Shown here one piece after another: positions 9,901 to 17,219 of a DNA stretch of 58,546 nt; the first letter of the stretch is position 1, and each line of letters begins with the position of its first letter. A program made the position numbers and the translations under genes. Origin of the DNA: Candidatus Pacebacteria bacterium UBA6180. GTDB lineage: Bacteria > Patescibacteriota > Microgenomatia > UBA1400 > PJMF01. Under the pieces are notes generated by a model, which searched no databases, had not been told where the DNA came from, and saw only the letters and a program-made list of their open reading frames with translations. The DNA lies in NCBI GenBank assembly GCA_002422165.1, contig DITQ01000007.1:1-58546 (forward strand). Reading direction: 5' to 3'.

Positions 9901-10759
9901 AGAGGCGAAAAGTCATGTCGGTGGGCGTAGAAATTGGACTCTGGGCAGTATTGGTTAGGCGACCCTGGTAGGACAGGATCCGGTTGGGGGCGTTAGGAAT
10001 ACTTGGGTAGGCCATCGAGATCAAAGCCTGGCCGAATTGCTGATAGGCAAAATAGGCTAGACCGCCCAAAAACAAGAAGAGGGCTAGTAAGTTAAGGAGA
10101 ACGAGCAATCGACTGCTTTGTTTTTTGCTTTTACTTTGGGTTTTTAACTCTGGTTGCAGCGTTTTATTCGGTTTTTCTGCCTTTTTCTGGTCGATAATTT
10201 GGCGCTCTATTTGTTCCTGATTGGTTTGGACTGTTTCATTTTTGATGTTGGGCAAGGGAATTTCCGAGGTGAGGAGGTTTTGCTCTTTGAGCCAGATTTT
10301 GAATTGAGTGATGCTGACCAACTTACGCTTAATACTGTTTTCTTTGAGACCCTTGTCTCTCTGGTAGTGAGCAAAAGCCAATAGTTTGGGTTTGTTTCCA
10401 AGTTCGCTTAGTTTGGTGGCGCCGGTAAAATCCAAAAATTGCTTGATATCGCTTTTGTAATTGCGAATGGTGGAAGATGAGCAGCCGGTCTGCTTAACTG
10501 CTAAGAGGTAGTCGCTGAGATGCTGATTGATGTTTTTTGTTTTAGTTTGGTTGGCGAAAGTCTGACTTTGGGTTTTGTGTTGGATTTTTTGGGTGGCCAG
10601 CTGTTTTAAATTTGTTGTTTCTGGTTTGCTTAGATTTTTCCTGTCTTTTTCAACTAAAAGCGCAGCCTCAGGCTGCTTGGGTGCTTTCCAGCTAGTTGGT
10701 TTGGGTATTTTGGCAAGCATTAGTTGACTAGTCTTTTTTTCTTGTCTAATCCAGATCAT
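905..10759 (-). CDS. giant (3284 aa) membrane-anchored tail-fibre-like surface protein: integrase core-binding-like domain, TM helix, fibre repeats, LamG, internal peptidase S74 domain
   Basis: Single uninterrupted ORF in the track. Recurrent GNVGIGTTTP..L.V fibre motifs (at least 7 copies). YQGRLT...LW...PRQPI...VAYAL module follows the TM helix. LamG-like and S74-like segments are listed separately. All overlapping ORFs are short shadow ORFs. Confidence 0.9.
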   Translation of the reverse strand: MIWIRQEKKTSQLMLAKIPKPTSWKAPKQPEAALLVEKDRKNLSKPETTNLKQLATQKIQHKTQSQTFANQTKTKNINQHLSDYLLAVKQTGCSSSTIRNYKSDIKQFLDFTGATKLSELGNKPKLLAFAHYQRDKGLKENSIKRKLVSITQFKIWLKEQNLLTSEIPLPNIKNETVQTNQEQIERQIIDQKKAEKPNKTLQPELKTQSKSKKQSSRLLVLLNLLALFLFLGGLAYFAYQQFGQALISMAYPSIPNAPNRILSYQGRLTNTAQSPISTPTDMTFRLYDADTGGTLLWSSNTCSIDPDQDGIFNTNLGAGVGDGNDGDDCGAPINDSVFTENSNVWLEVEVLSEILAPRQPIRTVAYALNSETLQGLPPAEIATHSTILMMNSSGEVVLGTDNPVIKATTSSSGLTIEANQIIIQTSSGSDGDIILAPDGSGIVDIQGDASVSGATTLIGNTYITSPNTLIFNGTTALGEISSPTDSGAYLIGANDQFTYSNSTNVQGVLFDLDDALSNIVGGTLGLWTDAGTITHLTSTSDDFAVGANSLTAPFSVDVSANAVRIGTGTTANAVLSMYASDGDTGSITYTTDDAFIFSGGNLGLAASSYLNWGSTIGTSGYGLRDNAGTLQFKHSDGDWEDIGTGGGGDSLWVDAGSYIYPLGGLPLGNPSSGGSNKISSLYLADSGPLYFGTDNDVNFSFSGSTLTTTLGSSAWNISSGLLYLDGSSNKIGIGTTNPLATLDVRSLDTDKAVASFSGATNLATLILEQNGSGDIFTASASGQTQFVITSGGNVGIGLADPTSRLQIAGATSTISNDSGDITLDAASGNISLAGNSLINANNGFFGGSVGIGTVTPARRLEIVDASNPQLRLTHTEGSIYTDFQMNSNGDLVVNVDGISNQLVLDNGGNVGIGTTTPDEKLTVNGSVNAEKYYDFTNKNYFLDPAAVSTALNIAGSAIIGANATAAGNVTMGGQLQVGRFAETPTAVGEGAIIFNTTTDTHQCYNGSVWYNCGGTLYSNTNSIADGNYITVTHSLNTSNLLSSAWIDAQGNWKLLDAAYKPAIAWEGKDTQKGLYHNSLNSYVPTQETNTSTDTLHTGMVFDTLEDGTKMDSSNTTSSYNFDLGDDGSSNYINLNQRIQAGRAGLMGGQTMSTSTTDNDGQTYLGSNTVNDTFYYDRSQDSTPEVLVELGIDPNWYNGVTLSVATGSATYSQAGTLADKNPNLTTKYNGSLIKATGTDSTPRTIYITIKSPTTFDWTNYNGKSAAGVTITPGLTQTLGSTGVSVTFTGGVNYNVGDVFKIASWYIEPESAIRGAKQQFPERSYVVASGTGGAGYVDIIDADTQKMWMRFDSTTNGYLQGATTGRNPQSVEMLNGNLYIGQTGASSGSLVKPNFATDSNIVVEASSQAIHSHSISGRNSSTGSYTTINSTVALVSNQVNDVAAAVIPNQPTQEITVSGWGYIQGAAATTVTETVKLPYTFNDVPRITTTLASSKTTTAPSSLSECVNANQRLTGIASNIQNSSFTQRISASDAADGNLGSTTFYCYTWTATGTVSPKQFVAVATGATSADGGTTIINETNGSKADVFLGSQIAAAYRTSKVALTERGDLYLASDNATAPRTTLDVYYGIHGIPGSETSIAQYRNGFYMLSNETGGWSTNGMSIAGAIAANEIKSLSVSPLASTNDPNSNVIYIGTTAGVTALHEKQGRANIGDGSVESGGSVKYYTKDYISEEMIGDVRGMWSLNNSNAASDFEDVSSKANVLTGTNITAGGDSVSGVRGTATDFDGSSEYMSCTDAACGGTSKLDMGTSNYTLSAWIKTSNSAAIQSIIRKGNAGGAGTYLLNVQTNGKVRFYNVDGASTASQVDSNISVNDGKWHHVVGVANRNSGVSLYIDGVLDNANSTAFTSSMDNTDVFYIGYYPSGTQYFNGQIDEVMVTATELTAAQIKNMYQVGYRALQSHSTSLASGAADTNQQLQYASTGTNTVGVVTPDLNNQYLYVGLNSTTLGGLTKIQLNSDAAVKKYIASGNTPSGGASILDEDVTSLAVGETLYAVGSAASGIKTMGLDDNATSTSGNFVSKTYTLPKNIGSAVLWMSPLLDGSDGSNSITVQASVDNGSNYTTCTLVGTDTANYTLPEREYSCTFPAAGNQLKVRFQFARGSTKTNTYITQYGITWLGETGFRVEQADDNNVRLYNFSGETQNLKLNVTGASTASMASPWTDAGSYLYATGYESLRIYDGGGTNYLGLSHDGTLANFSYNGTTVLSINSNGDLLPNVNDTQNLGSDAKRWKDLFLGGDTLHIGTSLTDEGIISYDTTSNIFSFGTDSTSNGDIAFFDNQLYLDKSTGNVGIGTTTPDQKLTINGSINLTSGNLQLGGTSVITSGRLMLAADGSAAAPAFSFSSDPDNGMFRPTINQLALSTSGSERLRIDANGNVGIGTTTPNVALHVIADSSSNQGMYLDRYSNDSGQTRSYVRKARGTLSSPSAVQSNDFLGGFSFAGYDGSSFADAGIIQMQATESWTGSARGSLMHFATVPTGSSIPLTRMTIGGDGNVGIGGIALSTSRLHVYSNLVNTIGGGVSTVTLEDTTALSIDGGAGIALRGVYNSGGASAGFGGIKAGKSNATSGNLDSYLAFYSRSNSGGILEAMRIDANQRTGFGTTNPGTHRISVVGTAGLSTGTAWTNTSDYRLKNVEENLSGSSIEKILALNPISFRWNDLHHEKFGSSSDKLNYGFIAQEVEGVLPHMISTDEEGYKWYNPSGFEALLTAGIQEQQGQISALAALVNQQGAVFNNVGELILTGSSPTSYAVATPTGISNRVAAFADVFVARLTAGFIKTKELAAETVNISERLIAKRITTNLIDTNNQELVINADNKITGDLLVAEDLRVDGRTKLGQLTATDATITGQLNATAIQAEELDVNSARINSIESKLAELENATVSGTLYANNIEANSISANVISGLQERLTSQIESTLSQPTLLASLFGNQNQQTDEYLTQLAQELNVNLATAAASLDPLGTLNQDLTMIADSAFIQNYFEVNGSAYMAGSLKLGQNLMIGDQTIFGANFISYQPELAEENDFTFSIQPAGLGKLSLLAGLMQLDSQGFVSINGDLRVAGALEVTEELRAQGTLLTNLIGADRPGEDIQVQLVTLDENGEDLRHSSFAFVNESLQPVASFSASGDLSLTGSLRLGQVNTATNSGELVNAQRSAGQAILPAGSTEITITSAKLEENSMIYVTPLNSTNNQVLYVKNKIADSPFTPENDAIFTVGIDYPLGQDVTFNWWIIQLN
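2405..2716 (-). other. peptidase S74 / intramolecular chaperone auto-processing domain (starts at Ser2682)
   Basis: SDYRLKNVEENLSGSSIEKILALNPISFRWNDLHHEKFGSSSDKLNYGFIAQEVEGVLPHMISTDEEGYKWYNPSGFEALLTAGIQEQQGQISAL matches the family pattern SD.R.K..I..l.....l..L.pv.y.......iGfIAQEv..v.Pe.v.....g...v.Y..l..l...aiqe. Confidence 0.8.
4900..5450 (-). other. LamG / concanavalin-A-like lectin domain in giant protein 1 (aa ~1770-1950)
   Basis: GVRGTATDFDGSSEYMSC...YTLSAWIKTS...DGKWHHVVGV...LYIDGVL...FYIGY...FNGQIDEVMVTATELTAAQIKNMY is the typical Laminin_G_3 pattern (F.G....i......fTisaWik....W.hv......lYvDG......iG.......f.G.iDev.i). Confidence 0.7.
5251..5258 (-). repeat. C8/G8 homopolymer tract inside giant gene 1 (codons GCG GGG GGG GCA, NAGGAG)
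   Basis: Direct read: ctg cccccccc gc. It is the longest G/C homopolymer I noticed in the window. A G7 tract also lies at 761-767 in the downstream coupled ORF. Confidence 0.9.
10035..10110 (-). other. single predicted transmembrane helix of giant protein (aa ~217-241)
   Basis: LLVLLNLLALFLFLGGLAYFAYQQF is preceded by a Lys-rich stretch (KTQSKSKKQSSR). By the positive-inside rule the N-terminus is cytoplasmic. Confidence 0.7.
10265..10530 (-). other. phage-integrase N-terminal SAM-like / core-binding domain (aa ~77-165 of giant protein), no catalytic domain attached
   Basis: HLSDYLLAVKQTGCSSSTIRNYKSDIKQFLDFTGATKLSELGNKPKLLAFAHYQRDKGLKENSIKRKLVSITQFKIWLKEQNLL follows the helix pattern of XerC/XerD-type core-binding domains (S..T...Y..dl..F..f ... 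S...R.ls.l..F..w). Recognised by eye, not by HMM. Confidence 0.6.
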
Positions 10760-11236
10760 TAGACGGTTTTTGAAGCTTCATTTTTATTAACTTTTACTAG
10801 TCTAGATAAGCCTCGAAGTGCAGGCAAGAGGGAAGATTGTTTCGGGTTTCACTTTGTTTTCCAAAAAAGTTTAACTCGAGGAACAACCTTTCTTTTTGAC
10901 AGGTAATTTTCACGGTTTTTCATAGCTAACAAAATAGCGCAAAACAGCTCAATTTGGCAAAGTGGCCACTAAACTCTCATTTTTGTCAAAATTGTTTTCC
11001 ACAGCTTTAGTGCTTGTGAATTAACTTAATTGCAGTGTATTATGTGAAGGGAAAACTAAAAATACGGGTTTTAAACAGGTTCAATGAAGAGATCGATGGT
11101 GCTTATGATCTGGAGAGCAGAGTGTGAGTTGGTGTAAATCTGTTCGCAGGGTTGTTACAAAACAGGCTTTGGGTATTTGCAGTTGTGAAAAACTCCTTTC
11201 AGTCCTTGCCTGGCACCAGTAATATTACAGAAAAAT

Positions 11237-11980
11237 ATGCGACAAAACACTAAAACTATCTTGTTGTTTCTCTTTCCAAGTGCTGACGAGCCAGTTTGGA
11301 TGACTTTTGCACATTTATCTAGCGTTGTGCCAAAACTGACTCAAGCTGGTTTAGCATCGGCCCTGTTTCTTTTGGACAAAAAAGAGCTGTTACGAATTGA
11401 TAAAACTGGTAGCGAGTGGCGTTACAGCCTAAGTTCACATGGCGTCAGCCACCTCAAAGGTCTATTTCCGGCTCTTTCTACTGCGCACGAAAAGAAGCAG
11501 CCGAGCTGGTTGTTATTGGTTTTTTTAACTGCCCCTAAGGCTGACAAGAATTTCCGTTACTTGCGTGCTTACTTGAGTCAAAATCAGGCAGTTACCTTGA
11601 CACGAGCAGTTTATCTATTATTTCGCCATCTGGCAGAAAAAGTTTTACCAGAATTGGAAAGATCATATAAAAATGCGGTTTTGGTGGTGGAGTTGGGGGA
11701 TTGGGTCTTTGGAGATGACTACAAGATTATAGGACAGAGATCTGGACTAGATGACCTTTTTGAGCTTTACTCAAGTATTAGCAAAGAGCTTGACCGACTG
11801 ATAAGCATCAAAAGCACGGGCAAAATATTCACTCAGCAGGAAAATTTAGATTTTCATTCGGCTTTAAACCGCTTTTTAAACCTACTAGAACAGGACACTG
11901 CTTTATTAGGGGTTTATTTTCCAGAGGTAGTGACTGCTTCTGAATTGCTCAATAAGCTACAAAAATGTGTGAAAATATAG
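11237..11980 (+). CDS. PaaX-like winged-helix transcriptional regulator (putative), divergent from giant gene 1
   Basis: GLASALFLLDKKELLRIDKTGSEWRYSLSSHGVSHL followed by PSWLLLVFLTAPKADKNFRYLRAYLSQNQAVTLTRAVYLL parallels E. coli PaaX segments (FVRTALFRLNKEGWLDVSRIGRRSFYSLSDKGLRL ... WDGKWLLLL...KKQLIWQGFGALAPSL). Similarity judged by eye. Confidence 0.5.
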   Translation: MRQNTKTILLFLFPSADEPVWMTFAHLSSVVPKLTQAGLASALFLLDKKELLRIDKTGSEWRYSLSSHGVSHLKGLFPALSTAHEKKQPSWLLLVFLTAPKADKNFRYLRAYLSQNQAVTLTRAVYLLFRHLAEKVLPELERSYKNAVLVVELGDWVFGDDYKIIGQRSGLDDLFELYSSISKELDRLISIKSTGKIFTQQENLDFHSALNRFLNLLEQDTALLGVYFPEVVTASELLNKLQKCVKI

Positions 11981-12463
11981 GATTTTCGGATTATATTTGT
12001 CATTTATCACTGTTTTTGCCTGGTTTGATCACCTAAAATTTATCATTTTCTTGCTTTTAACGTTTTTTTCTTGACTTATATACAGTTTTTACCTTATTTT
12101 GGTTTTCATAAGCCGAATAAAATATAGTTTTGGGTGTCATAAAATTAGTAAAAACCCAAAGCAATAAATAATAGAAGGATCTATTAATAAGCAAAAAAGT
12201 ATTTTTTCGTTAATTTATCTACCAGGCTTTGCAAGAATAAAGCGGTAAATTTGCGAGAATAATATATTTGGATATAATTATTGTACTTTGGAAAACATTT
12301 GGGTAAAAACCAGGCTGAATTTATATTTTTAACCGAAATATGGTTTGCGTTAGTAGCGATGAAATGCAAAAAGCATTAGTCTTTCCTTCGGCTGGCAATA
12401 GCTATAATTCAGCTGGTTTTATCCTTATGCGGATGCAAACTATAGGATTATAATTTTGCCAAA

Positions 12464-12492
12464 TTGCCTTCTCTAATCAAAAGCGGTACAAT
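12464..12492 (+). promoter_or_regulatory. candidate sigma70-type promoter for leuS
   Basis: TTGCCT (12464-12469), 17-nt spacer, TACAAT (12487-12492). GAGGAAGG Shine-Dalgarno at 12501-12508 lies before ATG 12517. Confidence 0.3.
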
Positions 12493-12516
12493 CATTTCCT
12501 GAGGAAGGAAACTTTT

Positions 12517-15030
12517 ATGCCAGATCATCAGTATGATCACCAAATGACAGAAGAAAAGTGGCTCGCCGCTTGGGAGAAGTCCCGCTTGTTTTTGGGGACC
12601 GATTTGGCCTTGAGTGGAGAAGACGTTGCTGACAAGGAGTACTTGCTATACGCCTTCGCTTATCCTTCCGGTTCTGGTTTGCATGTCGGCCATGTAGAGC
12701 CCAAGACTGCTCTCGACATCCAAGCTCGTTTCAAGCGCATGACCGGCAAGAAAGTCTTCTTCCCGGTTGGTTGGGACGCTTTTGGCCTGCCAGCTGAGAA
12801 CTACGCCATCAAAACCGGCACTCACCCAAAGCAAACCACCAAAGCCGCCATTGATACTTTTCGCGGTCAAGTCAAGCGCCTGGGCATTTCCTACGACTGG
12901 GACCAGGAAATTGCCACCAGCCACCCAGAGTATTATCGTTGGACACAGTGGATTTTCCAACAGCTTTACCGCAAAGATTTGGCCTATCAGGCTGAAGGCA
13001 AAGTTAATTGGTGTCCTTCCTGCCAGACAGTCCTAGCTAACGAGCAGGTGGTTGATGGCCTCTGCGAACGCTGCGACAGTCAAGTTATCCAAAAGGATCT
13101 CAAGCAGTGGTATTTCAAAATTACCGCCTACCAAGATGAGTTGATCGAGGGTCTCCAAGACGTAGACTGGCCCAACGCCACCAAGCAGCAGCAGATTAAT
13201 TGGATTGGCAAGTCCGCTGGCCTGAGCATCGATTTCACTCTTGTCGAGAATAAGCAGAAACTAAGCGTTTGGACGAAGTTTCACGAAACAGTTTTTGGGA
13301 CGACTTTTTTGGTGATTGCTCCGGAGAAGTTTCTGGAACTGAAGTTAGATAAGCTTCTGCCAACCGCCAGAGTTGAAGCCGTTCAAAACTATCTAGACCA
13401 AGCCTTCAAGAAAACTGAAGAAGAGCGCAAGATCGGGGAGAAGGACAAAACTGGTGTCGACACTGGCCTGGAGGTCATCAATCCTGTCAACGGGGAGGTC
13501 GTTCCTCTCTATATCGCCGATTACGTCCTGATGAATGTCGGCACTGGCATCGTGATGGGCGTGCCGGCTCATGATGAGCGCGACTTCGCTTTTGCCAAAA
13601 AATACCAACTGCCCATTAGGCAAGTGGTGAGCTATGCAGATCATGAGCTAAACCAGGCAGTGGCTGCTGGCAAAAAATCCTTCGAGGGAGAAGGCGAGCT
13701 GGTCAACTCAAAGCAATTTGACGGTTTGTCCGCCTGGGGAGAAGGCAAACAACAAATGGCTGAGTGGATGATTGAGCAAGGTTTTTCCAAGTGGCAGACC
13801 ACCTACAAGCTCCGCGACTGGCTGATTTCTCGCCAGCGCTACTGGGGTGCACCGATTCCCGTAGTCTATGATCCAGAAGGTCAGCCACACTTAGTCAAGG
13901 AAGAGCATTTGCCCTGGATGCTGCCTGAGGACGTCGATTTCAAGCCGACCGGGGAGTCGCCACTGCGTTCGTCCAAAGAGTTTCAGGAGCGTGTCGAGCG
14001 CCTCTATGGCAAGGGCTGGACGCCCGAGTACGACACCATGGATACTTTCGTGGATTCAAGCTGGTATTACTTGAGGTACTGCAGCGCTCGCGATGACCAG
14101 CAGTTCGCGGATCGCTGCAAACTTTCGACCTGGTTGCCAGTTGATTTTTACCTGATTGGTCCAGAACACATCGTCTTACACTTGCTTTACTCGAGGTTTT
14201 TCACTAAGTTCTTGCGCGACGAAGGCTATATTAAACTGTCTTCTGGCGAACCTTTTGCCAAGATGCGCCACCAGGGGATGATTCTCGGGCCTGATGGTAA
14301 GAAGATGAGTAAGAGCAAAGGTAACGTCATCAATCCGGACGAAATAATCAAGGAATATGGTGCCGACACCTTGCGCGTTTACGAGATGTTCATGGGCCCA
14401 CTTGATGCGGATAAGCCCTGGAATCCACGCGCAGTGGCTGGGGTGGCTAGGTTTTTGCGCAAAGCTTATCGCTTGGTCCAAAATCAGCTGCAGCGCCACC
14501 TAAAGCAAGTCTCTCCAGACAAGCGGCGAGCAGAACTAGTGGCCAAGTTGCATTGGGCGATCCAGAAGTTGACCGCTGACTTGCCAGAGTTCAAATACAA
14601 CACCGCCATCGCTGCCTTGATGGAGCTGACCAACCTTTTCGAAAAGTTAGATCAGGATGAGCTGTTACTGCTAGAGAAGGAGGAGTTATTAGCTTTCATT
14701 AAGCTCCTGGCTCCGCTAGCGCCTTTTATTGCTGAAGAGTTGTATGATCAAGCTCGAGTCTTGGGCTTGTCGATGCAGCTTTCAGTACACTTGGAATCTT
14801 GGCCGACTTACGACGTCAGTTTGTTGTTTCGCGAAGAGCAAAACCTGGTTATTCAGGTCAACGGTAGAGTGCGGGCACAAATGGCCTGGCCGACAACTCG
14901 CTTGACCGACCAAGCAGCCATTTTGGAGGCAGCCAAGGGTTTAGCCGACCTAGAAAAGTGGCTAGCTGATAAGACGATCGTCAAAGAAATCTACGTGCCT
15001 GGCAAAGTTGTTAACTTGGTGGTTAAGTAG
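12517..15030 (+). CDS. leuS: leucyl-tRNA synthetase
   Basis: 837 aa. Class I motifs are present: HIGH-type YPSGSGLHVGH and KMSKS (GKKMSKSKGNV). Typical LeuRS segments WDAFGLPAEN and CP1 editing insert. Confidence 0.95.
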   Translation: MPDHQYDHQMTEEKWLAAWEKSRLFLGTDLALSGEDVADKEYLLYAFAYPSGSGLHVGHVEPKTALDIQARFKRMTGKKVFFPVGWDAFGLPAENYAIKTGTHPKQTTKAAIDTFRGQVKRLGISYDWDQEIATSHPEYYRWTQWIFQQLYRKDLAYQAEGKVNWCPSCQTVLANEQVVDGLCERCDSQVIQKDLKQWYFKITAYQDELIEGLQDVDWPNATKQQQINWIGKSAGLSIDFTLVENKQKLSVWTKFHETVFGTTFLVIAPEKFLELKLDKLLPTARVEAVQNYLDQAFKKTEEERKIGEKDKTGVDTGLEVINPVNGEVVPLYIADYVLMNVGTGIVMGVPAHDERDFAFAKKYQLPIRQVVSYADHELNQAVAAGKKSFEGEGELVNSKQFDGLSAWGEGKQQMAEWMIEQGFSKWQTTYKLRDWLISRQRYWGAPIPVVYDPEGQPHLVKEEHLPWMLPEDVDFKPTGESPLRSSKEFQERVERLYGKGWTPEYDTMDTFVDSSWYYLRYCSARDDQQFADRCKLSTWLPVDFYLIGPEHIVLHLLYSRFFTKFLRDEGYIKLSSGEPFAKMRHQGMILGPDGKKMSKSKGNVINPDEIIKEYGADTLRVYEMFMGPLDADKPWNPRAVAGVARFLRKAYRLVQNQLQRHLKQVSPDKRRAELVAKLHWAIQKLTADLPEFKYNTAIAALMELTNLFEKLDQDELLLLEKEELLAFIKLLAPLAPFIAEELYDQARVLGLSMQLSVHLESWPTYDVSLLFREEQNLVIQVNGRVRAQMAWPTTRLTDQAAILEAAKGLADLEKWLADKTIVKEIYVPGKVVNLVVK

Positions 15031-15098
15031 GCGCTCTGGCTGGGCAGTTTAGCTGATGATCACACTTCTGGTAATCTGCCGGGCGGATAATTGACTAG

Positions 15099-15728
15099 AT
15101 GTCAAAAATCCTGCGTTTTTTATCCTTTTTCATTCCAATCTTGATGCTCCTGGCAGGTTTAATTTTGCTTGGTCTGTCTTGGAGTAGCTTACAATCTGGG
15201 GTCGCTAGTTTGGAGTGTTTTTGTCCTTCTTGTCCAGAGACAGCAGTCGCGCAGGCTGGTGTAGCTAGTCTGGGAATGATTAAATTAGACATCCAAGGCG
15301 CGGTCAAAAAGCCTGGTGTTTACGAGTTGCAGGTTGGGCAGCGCTTAGCTGATTTAGTGGCGGCGGCGGGTGGTTTTAGTGATCAGGCTGACCGACTTTA
15401 CGTCGTCAAAACCCTCAATTTAGCCAAGGAACTCAAGAACCAAGATAAAATTTATATTCCCTTCTTCGAGGAGACTGCCGCTGCATCCAATAATACCGCT
15501 ATTCCTCAAGTAGGAAGCTCCTCTTCTGGAGAGGGTGTTGCCGACTCTGGCCTAATCTCAGTCAACACCGCCACAGCTGCTCAGCTTCAAAGTCTCTCTG
15601 GAATTGGTGAAGTTAAGTCACAGGCGATCATTGCCAATCGTCCCTACGCTAGTTTAGATGAGTTGGTTACTAAGAAGGTGATTTCAGAAAACCTATTTAA
15701 CAGCTTGGCCGAACAAATTAGCCTGTGA
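15099..15728 (+). CDS. comEA: ComEA-type DNA-binding competence protein (SLBB + helix-hairpin-helix)
   Basis: N-terminal TM helix. SLBB-like DIQGAVKKPGVYELQVGQRLADLVAAAGG. C-terminal HhH: ISVNTATAAQLQSLSGIGEVKSQAIIANRPYASLDEL. Confidence 0.85.
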   Translation: MSKILRFLSFFIPILMLLAGLILLGLSWSSLQSGVASLECFCPSCPETAVAQAGVASLGMIKLDIQGAVKKPGVYELQVGQRLADLVAAAGGFSDQADRLYVVKTLNLAKELKNQDKIYIPFFEETAAASNNTAIPQVGSSSSGEGVADSGLISVNTATAAQLQSLSGIGEVKSQAIIANRPYASLDELVTKKVISENLFNSLAEQISL

Positions 15729-15875
15729 ATTATAGGCTTTAGCGACTTTGTTTGACTGTTTGTCATTCAAGATGATTGATTGCTAAAAAGAGGCTTTTAA
15801 AGGGGTGGTGGAGCATCTTTGACTAATTTAATCAATTTGGTGACAAAAGTAGTAGTTTTCGTATCAAAAAGATAG

Positions 15876-17219
15876 ATGACTTATAAGCAATTTAAAAAAA
15901 TACAAGTTTATATATTGATCACTTTAATATATTTTATATTCACGAATAATTACCAATTAATATTTAAGACCCGAAACAGATTGACACTAGATCAAAATTT
16001 CCTCTCTCAGATCGTTTTGAGCGAAAAACTTGTTAAAAACGAAGGAACACCGAAAAATACTGGTCAAAAATGGCTTTTACAGCCTAGTGAGCTCGTGGAG
16101 GACCTCTTTGTAGGTGAATATATCAAAGAAAAACAGAGTGAGTCAGTTAGCAGACAAGTAGTCCTCATTGATAGCTCTACTTTCTGGTTAAAAAGGTTGA
16201 TTGATGAGCTTATTAAGCTTGAAAGATATTTTCTGATTTCGGTAAAAGATCGCTTCAACACCAGCCAAAAAGCCCTGCTGCATTGGCGCAATAGTTTCCT
16301 CGAGAGTCTTGAGGGGAGCCCTGACTCCAGATCTGCACCTCTGGCCAATGGACTGCTCTTTGGTGATGTCTCTGGTATTAGTCAAGATGACTATCAGTCT
16401 TTTAAAGTTATTGGGATCTTACACATTCTATCAGCTTCGTCCGCTAATTTCACCATTTTTTTGCACTTTGGGCTTTTATTTTGGCGTCCATTCCTGCCTT
16501 TCTTGACTAAAAAGCAGCTTTTTTTGCTTCATTTTGCTCTAACTTTGCTCTATTTTTCTCTGGTGGGGCCGGCACCCTCGACGACACGGGCTTTTATGAC
16601 CCTTTCTTTGTGTTTTATTGCTAGTTTCCTGTTGCAGCGAGCTAGTTCGTCTCTTTTCAATCTATACCTAGCAGGGTTTTTAATCGTATTGATCAATCCA
16701 ATTTATCTACGGGCACTGGGTTTTCAATTCTCATTTTTGGCTAGTTTTGGGATTTTATTCATGTATAGGTATTTGGAAAAAGAGCCGTGGGTAGGACAAA
16801 ATTACCTATACAGAAGCTTGCTATTAACTTTTTGCGCTCAATTTTTTTTGTTGCCAATTATGATTTATAGTTTCGCCGAAGTGAATTACATTGCCTTTCT
16901 TGCCAACCTCATTGTTCTACCTCTGGTGGAGATGCTGACTGTGATGTTTTTGGCTTCATTTATGGCTCTTTTTTTGAACAAGCTGTTGGCGTTAGTGGTT
17001 TGGCAACAGCTTTTATCCACTTTGACCTCAAACTTATTGGATATATTATTTACTCTAATTGAATTTATAGAGAAAATTCCCTGGAAAATCTTTACATTTG
17101 AGAGCAATAAAGACCTATTTACAGCTATATTTATCTTAATAGACATCGGAGGAATAATTGCCCTCAATACCTTGAAATATAAAAAGTACTCAAAAAATCA
17201 ATATAGGATTTTTAAATGA
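15876..17219 (+). CDS. comEC: ComEC/Rec2 membrane channel part (competence domain only)
   Basis: Polytopic membrane protein with LANGLLFGDVSGISQDDYQSFKVIGILHILSASSANFTIF, the hallmark of the ComEC competence domain. It stops at TGA 17217-19, overlapping the next ATG. Confidence 0.8.
   Translation: MTYKQFKKIQVYILITLIYFIFTNNYQLIFKTRNRLTLDQNFLSQIVLSEKLVKNEGTPKNTGQKWLLQPSELVEDLFVGEYIKEKQSESVSRQVVLIDSSTFWLKRLIDELIKLERYFLISVKDRFNTSQKALLHWRNSFLESLEGSPDSRSAPLANGLLFGDVSGISQDDYQSFKVIGILHILSASSANFTIFLHFGLLFWRPFLPFLTKKQLFLLHFALTLLYFSLVGPAPSTTRAFMTLSLCFIASFLLQRASSSLFNLYLAGFLIVLINPIYLRALGFQFSFLASFGILFMYRYLEKEPWVGQNYLYRSLLLTFCAQFFLLPIMIYSFAEVNYIAFLANLIVLPLVEMLTVMFLASFMALFLNKLLALVVWQQLLSTLTSNLLDILFTLIEFIEKIPWKIFTFESNKDLFTAIFILIDIGGIIALNTLKYKKYSKNQYRIFK

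Noticed and set aside
1161-10401. About 30 ORFs of 60-160 aa on both strands overlapping giant gene 1 (for example 4150-4632 minus, 7447-7884 minus)
   Set aside because: They are shadow ORFs inside a continuous 9.9-kb reading frame with clear domain content. They have low-complexity translations and no independent signals.
10265-10530. Integrase gene or mobile element suggested by the integrase SAM-like domain
   Set aside because: Only the core-binding domain is present, and it is fused in-frame to a TM helix and a 3000-aa ectodomain. No catalytic tyrosine-recombinase domain, att repeats or other mobility genes are nearby.
12184-12369. 61-aa minus-strand ORF in the AT-rich spacer before leuS
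   Set aside because: It lies in a very AT-rich region, has an implausible Lys/Asn/Phe/Tyr/Ile-rich composition and no ribosome-binding site. The region more likely holds the leuS promoter.
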